Shown in pieces: positions 58,134 through 64,000 of a stretch of 64,000 bases of DNA. The position numbers and the translations under genes were made by a program. This DNA is from Macrostomum lignano (Eukaryota). The stretch spans positions 1-64,000 of the forward strand of contig NIVC01000941.1 of assembly GCA_002269645.1 (NCBI GenBank), written 5' to 3'. Under the pieces are notes generated by a model. That model ran no database searches and was not told the origin of the DNA. It saw nothing but the letters and a program-made list of their open reading frames with translations. Position 1 is the first letter of the stretch; each line of letters begins with the position of its first letter.

Positions 58134-61100
58134 TTAGACCGACTTCTGTTTATTCTGCACCGAGCGCACATTCCAGTGGAAGCAGTCGGCGAGGCCGCTG
58201 AACCAGTCCTGCAGCGGACTCCTGGCCGATATGGAGGGCACCATGTACTCTGAGGTGGTGATGCTCACCGAGTCGCCCGGGAGCAGCTCCTGACGGTCGC
58301 GACCATCGAAGCTGACCCAGGCGGTGCCGCGGGCGGCCTCCGCCAGCCGTACCTGGATATTAATCAATGATAATGCAATGAAAAGTTGAAAGCTTGCAAA
58401 TATTGATTTATGGCTGCCAAATCATTATTCTAAAGTGATAGCAGCTAAACTGGCACTCACTATTCTGAGTGATGGCAGCTAAACTGGCACTCATTATTCT
58501 GAGTGATGGCAGCTAAACTGGCACTCATTATTCTGAGTGATGGCAGCTAAACTGGCACTCATTTTTCTAAGTGATGGCAGCTAAACTGGCACTCACTATT
58601 CTGATTCAAGTGTATAAGTAAAAAAAAATACGAATCAACCAATCTGCACCGACGGCAGGCCCACCTTGATGCTGGTGCTGGCCGGCAGGACCACAGGCCG
58701 GAAGCTGAGCGAGTGCGGGCACACCGGAGCCACAAGGAGGGCGGGCACAGACGGGTGCAGCATGTTGGCACCGGCCGCCATGGCGTAGGCGGTGCTGCCA
58801 GTCGGGCTGCTCACAATGAGGCCGTCGCCCTGCACCGTGGTGACTGTGCGCTCCTCGATCAGCACGTCAATGATGCAGAGGTAGCCAGATGGACCACGAT
58901 CGATCACAACTTCGTTTAGCACCTGTGCGTAATATACAGTACATTAGGCATTAGAGACAACCTTGTAAACTAGATCAGAAAACTTGCAATTGAAAAGCAC
59001 TAAAGCCTTAGGTCTCGAAAGCGGTGGTCGGAGCCAACGTTCAAGGGTTCGAATCAACACTATAATTTCGCTCCTGGGGTTCGGATCACAAAGATTCACG
59101 TATGCGTTATAAGAGGCCAGTTTATTTATTATACATGCCCTGATGAGCAGACGAGCAACCGACAGCTCAGCTGCAGCTATTGCGCGGCGCATCTGAAGGC
59201 TGCATACGGCTGTTCAAGTCTAAGGACTGGGGTCGCCACACACACCCTCAATTACCCCAGCTAATGCTGGCACCCATTTTACAGCTGGGTGAACTGAAGC
59301 AATGCAGAGTTAAGTGTCTTGCTCAAGGACACAAGTTTTTCCTAGTGGGTCGAGAATCGAACCCACCCTCGACCTTTCAGTCGCAGGTCCGACGCTCTCA
59401 CCAGTAGGCTGCAATCCCTCCCCTAAATCGAATTCGTACCTGCTTGAAGTCGCTCGCGCCGCTGTTTGCGTGGGACAGTCTGCAGGCCAGGCGAGACCGC
59501 ATGATGAAGTGGCTGCGGCTGTCCAGCACCGAGCGCAGGTCAGCCCGATAGTTTTCAAACCGGTGCGGCGACAGCAGGCCCAGGCTGTTGTGATGGTGGA
59601 AGGCCAGGATGGGCGGCACATCGGCCTGGAACAGGTTGCTGGCGTACAGGAGGCTGCCGTCCCCGCCGATGCACACAATCAGATCGACTGTCCGGTCACT
59701 GAAGCTGAACTCCGCGTACACAAACGTGCGCAGCTGGCTGATGACGCTGTCCAAGGAGACTGCCGCCTCGTCTGCTGCCGCCGCTGCCCGCAGCTCCGAC
59801 ACGGCGTTGATCTCAACCAGCACCTCCAAGTGCAGATCCTGGACAGTAGTTTTGCAGTTTAAACTAGCAGCTTTGGAGGCCGGATATACGGCTTTATCTT
59901 CTGAGCGATAACGATTCCCCTTGGTTATCTGATGGATTTCCCTTGATTATCTGATGGATTTCCCTTGATTATCAGAAGGATTCCCCTTTGATTATCTGAG
60001 GTATTCCCCTTGATTATCTGAGGTATTCCCCTTGATTATCTGAGGTATTCCCCTTGATTATCTGAGGGATCCCCTTTGATTATCTGAGGGATACCTTGAC
60101 CATCTGAGGAAAGGGGGCCGCAGCCTAATGGTCCAGCGCGGCGATCTGATGTGCCAGCGGCCCAGGCTCGATTCCAAGTGCAGTCATTAATCTGAAGCTG
60201 AATCAGAATCTCGGCTTGGCTCTGCTCGTGCAACTAACGCTCTTGAGGGCCAACCCCCAAGGCACAGTGAAGTAAGTGTTCACGCCTAACGATAAATAAA
60301 TCAGGGCCGCTGTACACTCCTGTGTGAGTGTGTGCCTGTGCGTATGACTGTGCATGTATCCGCGCGCTTGTGTGCCTGCTCAAGGGAGTCGGCGGAATGG
60401 GCGTAATGCCTCTTGCCGGTTGTGTGACAGTGTCGCTTAAAGTGCGCCATGGTGCACACAGCCCCCCTGCCTCTGGTCTAGTAGTAGTAGACCATGTGAG
60501 CAATTCCCCTGAAGCCCTTGACCTCCTGAGCTCTTATCCTAGAGTCATGGACCGCTTCTCTTGTATACAGTGATCCCCCCCAAAGGCAGAGACAAAACAG
60601 CGGAAGGCCAGTCCGCTGAGCCTTGCTACCCGCACAGAACAATCTGTAGAAACGGAGAAAAAGTTCGCAGAGGCAGTGGGTTAGTCTTCAGTAACAGATC
60701 AAGTTTTACCAACGAGAGAGATAGAGAACAGGAGAACAAGCCCTAGCACTGAACACTGTGCGCTCGAACTTCTCTCACGCTGATAAGAATTGAGCAGTAG
60801 GCCCAGTCACCCCGGCACAGTTGCAGCCATGGAGATCGAGATGCAAAACCTGGAGTAGCGACCCAGAACTGCCCGGGCTGGGTAAGATCCACTGTACGGT
60901 TTGATAAAAAACATCAAAAGAAAACGCGATTGTGGGAAACTCGAAAGCGAAAGTTTGGCGTAGAATTTTTTCGACTTCAGGCTTTGAATTTTTCGAATTC
61001 GAGTTTCCACTCCAGACTGTCTGTCTAGAACTCCAGGCCTAGGGTTCGGTCACTCACCGACCAGTGAGTTTCCACTCCAGACTGTCTGTCTAGAACTCCA

Positions 61101-63430
61101 GGTCTAGGGTTCGGTCACTCACCGACCAGTGAGTTTCCACTCCAGACTGTCTGTCTAGAACTCCAGGTCTAGGGTTCGGTCACTTACTGACCAGTGAGTT
61201 TCCACTCCAGACTGATTGTCTAGAATTCCAGGTCTAGGATTCGGTCACTTACTGAGACTAAATGAGTCAGCAGTTCGATGAAGGCTGGCAGCAGGGTGGG
61301 GTCGGGTTTCTTGACGGCCATTACCCGCCTGGGCAGACTGTCGGCCCACTTCAGCAGGTGGTTGTCCAGCTTGCTGTCCTTCAGACCCCTGGCAACGGAT
61401 GGAGTTGAGATCAAAACTCAACGAGCACCCAATGACATTTTCAACAAGCCTTTGCCAGAATTATCAACAATATTTCCTAGCTTAAATCATCACTGTAAAC
61501 CAGAACGGTCTGATTAGGCCAAAGCACTCACCGTTGAAAGTAGGGCTTCCACCGAAGAGTTATGCTGCTCCTCGCGTGCTCCCACTGTCCCTCCTCATCC
61601 TCCCCGCCGCCGCTGCAAGTGTTAGGCACGTGAACTCGGCCGTTGCAATTCATGGCTTCCTGGCAGGCTCAAGCAGTTCAACTGCTACTCAAAGTAATTT
61701 TCAATGGAGTTGTTGACTTCACAAAGTGCGAGGCAAGCAGGCGCTTAATAAATGCATGGGGCTTCTCAACTCCGACTCCACCCTGTGCTGCAGGCCTTTA
61801 TGTCCAGCGGTTGGTTGGTGCAGCGCCAACCTTTGTACTGTGTCAATTGGCTGCAATTTCAACAGCAGCAATAATGAGCCAATTAAAAGACTCTCAGCTA
61901 TGGTAAGTATTTTTACTTTGCTATTTTACTTTTTTATCAGAGAAACTACCATAAGTACTATATAAAGGATATGTAAATGCAAGTATATTCTGAATAGAGT
62001 TAAAAGTCAAGAGCACACAGACCAAACATTTTTCAAATGCTAAGTCATCCCACTTTGGTCTCTCTCTCTCTCTCTCTCTTTTTGGGCCCTCTAATGGCCA
62101 CTTAGACATCCTTAGGATTGACTTGATGATTACTAAGACAGGCTAAGCTAAAATAGTTTCATTGGTCAACATTTTTACCTTGAGTGTAACAACAGGTAAG
62201 ATTTTGTCTGCCTGCACCTTTTGCTCGCGTTGGGTAACAAGGAATTGAACTCGAAGCACAGTATTTCTGGGCCCAGGCTGCTGCAGTCTATAGCCCAGCC
62301 AAGGCAATGGCCATTGCCTTTGGGCCCGAAGATGCAGGCGAGAGAAAATTAAAGCGAGTGCCTCCACTGTCTCTCCTTTTTATATAAAACACTGAAGAAC
62401 ATGCGCGTGGGAATGAAAAGCTACATAGAATAAAATGCATTCTATGCAGCTCATATTGAGGGCCAGATAAAAAATCTAGCTAATGGCTATAGAACATGAA
62501 GAAAAGAAAGGGAAGAAAGAGAGAAAATAGGAAAAAGATAAGAGATGGGATGGGATTTAGGATAAGAAAAAAATGAGAGAAGATGAAAGAAGAAAAGAAA
62601 AAAAGAGAAAGAAAGTATGAGAATTAAGAAAAAAACTTGAGCAGGCTAGATTATTATTATAAAGTTTCAAAGGACCTAAAGGCTAGATAAAGTGATTTCA
62701 TGACCCATGTTTGGCTTATAGACTACTAGAGTTTTATAAACTTTTTCTTTGGACCCAAAATAGAGACTAAGTTAGAGAATATACATTTGTATATTATATA
62801 TTTCTAATCAATTGATTTACAAAATTCAAATTTAATTGCTTTGGTCTGGAGTCTAGGCTCTAACTTTGAGCTCTCTTCTAGGACTTAAGTTGACATATCT
62901 TTCTTGCTATAATGAATACAGTGACCATACTCCAGATCATGTAGTATATGCCAAAAATTTGGGAGTGCATTGGCCTTGTATGCCAAAAGTAGGCATGCAC
63001 AGTTGGCGTGCATCATTCCTAAGAAAATAGTGTGCATGCGCCATGCACACCTAGCGGGCACCAGAGACCAGAGAAAGGGTTGGAGCGGCACTGTGGCATC
63101 ATCAACCACCTGGTGGCTACTGGAGAGCGAGATCGGCTTTTGAGAAGTGAGTTCAAACCGAGTCTGGTAGCATTTAGCAAGATCATTAATTCACAGTTTT
63201 CCAAAAAATGCATGCCATTTCAGGTACTTCAACCCTCCCAAGAGCGAGCTGCCTAACTGCACCGATAAGCCTTTCCCTTACGCTCTCAACAACTGGATAC
63301 CCCAAGAACCGAATATTTTCAACACTCGCCACGGTGCTCTTACCCTCAGCAACACTCTGGGGATCGCCGTCATCAACTTGGTTGGCTGTCTGCTCACTCT
63401 GCTGCTGGCATTGCTGGAGAAGGCCTGCAT
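58134..63430 (-). CDS. NADK: NAD+ kinase
   Basis: Confident exons: 61612-61532, 61388-61253 (..RRVMAVKKPD), 59838-59440 (DLIVCIGGDGSLL), 58922-58665 (VLNEVVIDRG..QGDGLIVSSPTGSTAYAMAAG..PVCPHSLSFRP), 58352-58134 (SFDGRDRQEL..DWF..HWNVR, TAA). Tentative 5' exons 63430-63344 and 63163-63051 are phase-consistent but lack motif support. About 430 aa in total. Confidence 0.93.
58433..58603 (+). repeat. 34-bp minisatellite, ~5 copies, NADK last intron
   Basis: Unit GCAGCTAAACTGGCACTCATTATTCTGAGTGATG. Confidence 0.92.
59122..59418 (-). mobile_element. tRNA-derived CORE-like SINE (copy 3), just inside a NADK intron
   Basis: Reverse complement of the 25981 element; starts about 20 nt after the donor at 59439. 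Confidence 0.85.
59914..60090 (+). repeat. 22-bp minisatellite, ~8 copies
   Basis: Unit GTATTCCCCTTGATTATCTGAG with variants. Confidence 0.9.
61001..61256 (+). repeat. 65-bp tandem repeat, 4 copies, overlapping a NADK splice donor
   Basis: Units start at 61001, 61066, 61131 and 61196; each contains CACTCAC or CACTTAC. Confidence 0.93.
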
Positions 63431-64000
63431 CAACCTCAGGCCGCGTTTGAATCAGTTAAGAGGCAACGCGTTAAAGGACTGGCGACGACACAGGGCTGGG
63501 ACTGGTGAAGCTGCGCAAACAGCTGCCAAAAATCAGACAAAAGAGAAGATGGAGTCATACGTCTAACGCTTGAATTTTCACTTCTTCCATTATGAAGTCC
63601 AATGATTAATAAATCTGTAAATATTTGATTCACAGTTTATTCTTTTATACGAAAAACGAAAAGAAAAGATGGTTACTTATTGATCATGTGCCTCATTGAT
63701 TAAGCTGCTAGGGATGTCATGATCCCAGCTGGCTCAATTCAACTCAGATAATTTATTCGTTTAGTTGGACAATCCGACAATAATACTTTACCGATGCGAA
63801 GCGCCATATGACGTAAATTTTAATGCGATGCAAAGCAAGGAAATATTATTCTGCAAAAGTCGTTTAGACATTTCGGCCAAAGCAAGAAAGTGCCAATCGG
63901 TATTGTTTTTTTATTATGTCATGGCAACCCACGCCTGACCTATCCGTTAGTGAATTGTTATGACACTCTGACCCTTGCGTCACTGCTAAAGCTTCACGCA

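Noticed and set aside
62143-62367. Additional NADK exon
   Set aside because: A donor-like site exists, but there is no clear acceptor or homology and the model is phase-complete without it.

Overview
Eukaryotic, intron-rich, minisatellite-rich animal DNA. It is not prokaryotic and has no CRISPR or rRNA. Gene style, divergent receptors and repeat load suggest a free-living flatworm such as Macrostomum (inference only). Five spliced genes can be rebuilt by hand from GT/AG sites with consistent exon phases. (1) 1-14902 (+): the 3' part of a very large protein made of a ~3.34-kb higher-order tandem unit (5 exons, 6 cationic WSC domains, near-identical introns) repeated 4 times plus a partial copy, then a hemicentin/VWA7-type vWA domain and a last WSC domain. 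(2) 16059-26690 (+): a 13-exon, highly divergent ionotropic glutamate receptor-family gene. Its cytoplasmic tail appears to be an S1 RNA-binding domain of the polynucleotide phosphorylase (PNPT1) type; this is the most unusual signal in the window. (3) 29590-42565 (+): a 5-HT1-type serotonin receptor whose introns hold a Gypsy relic, a SINE and an internally deleted THAP/P-element transposon with intact TIRs and TSD. (4) 46969-50010 (-): a FMRFamide-receptor-like peptide GPCR with a triplicated ECL3 motif. (5) 58134-63430 (-): NAD kinase. The rest is non-autonomous DNA transposons (hAT, mariner-like, foldback), three CORE-like tRNA-derived SINE copies, a truncated RTE LINE and more than 15 distinct micro/minisatellite arrays. 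Single-base losses in short homopolymers break several exons and may be long-read assembly errors.
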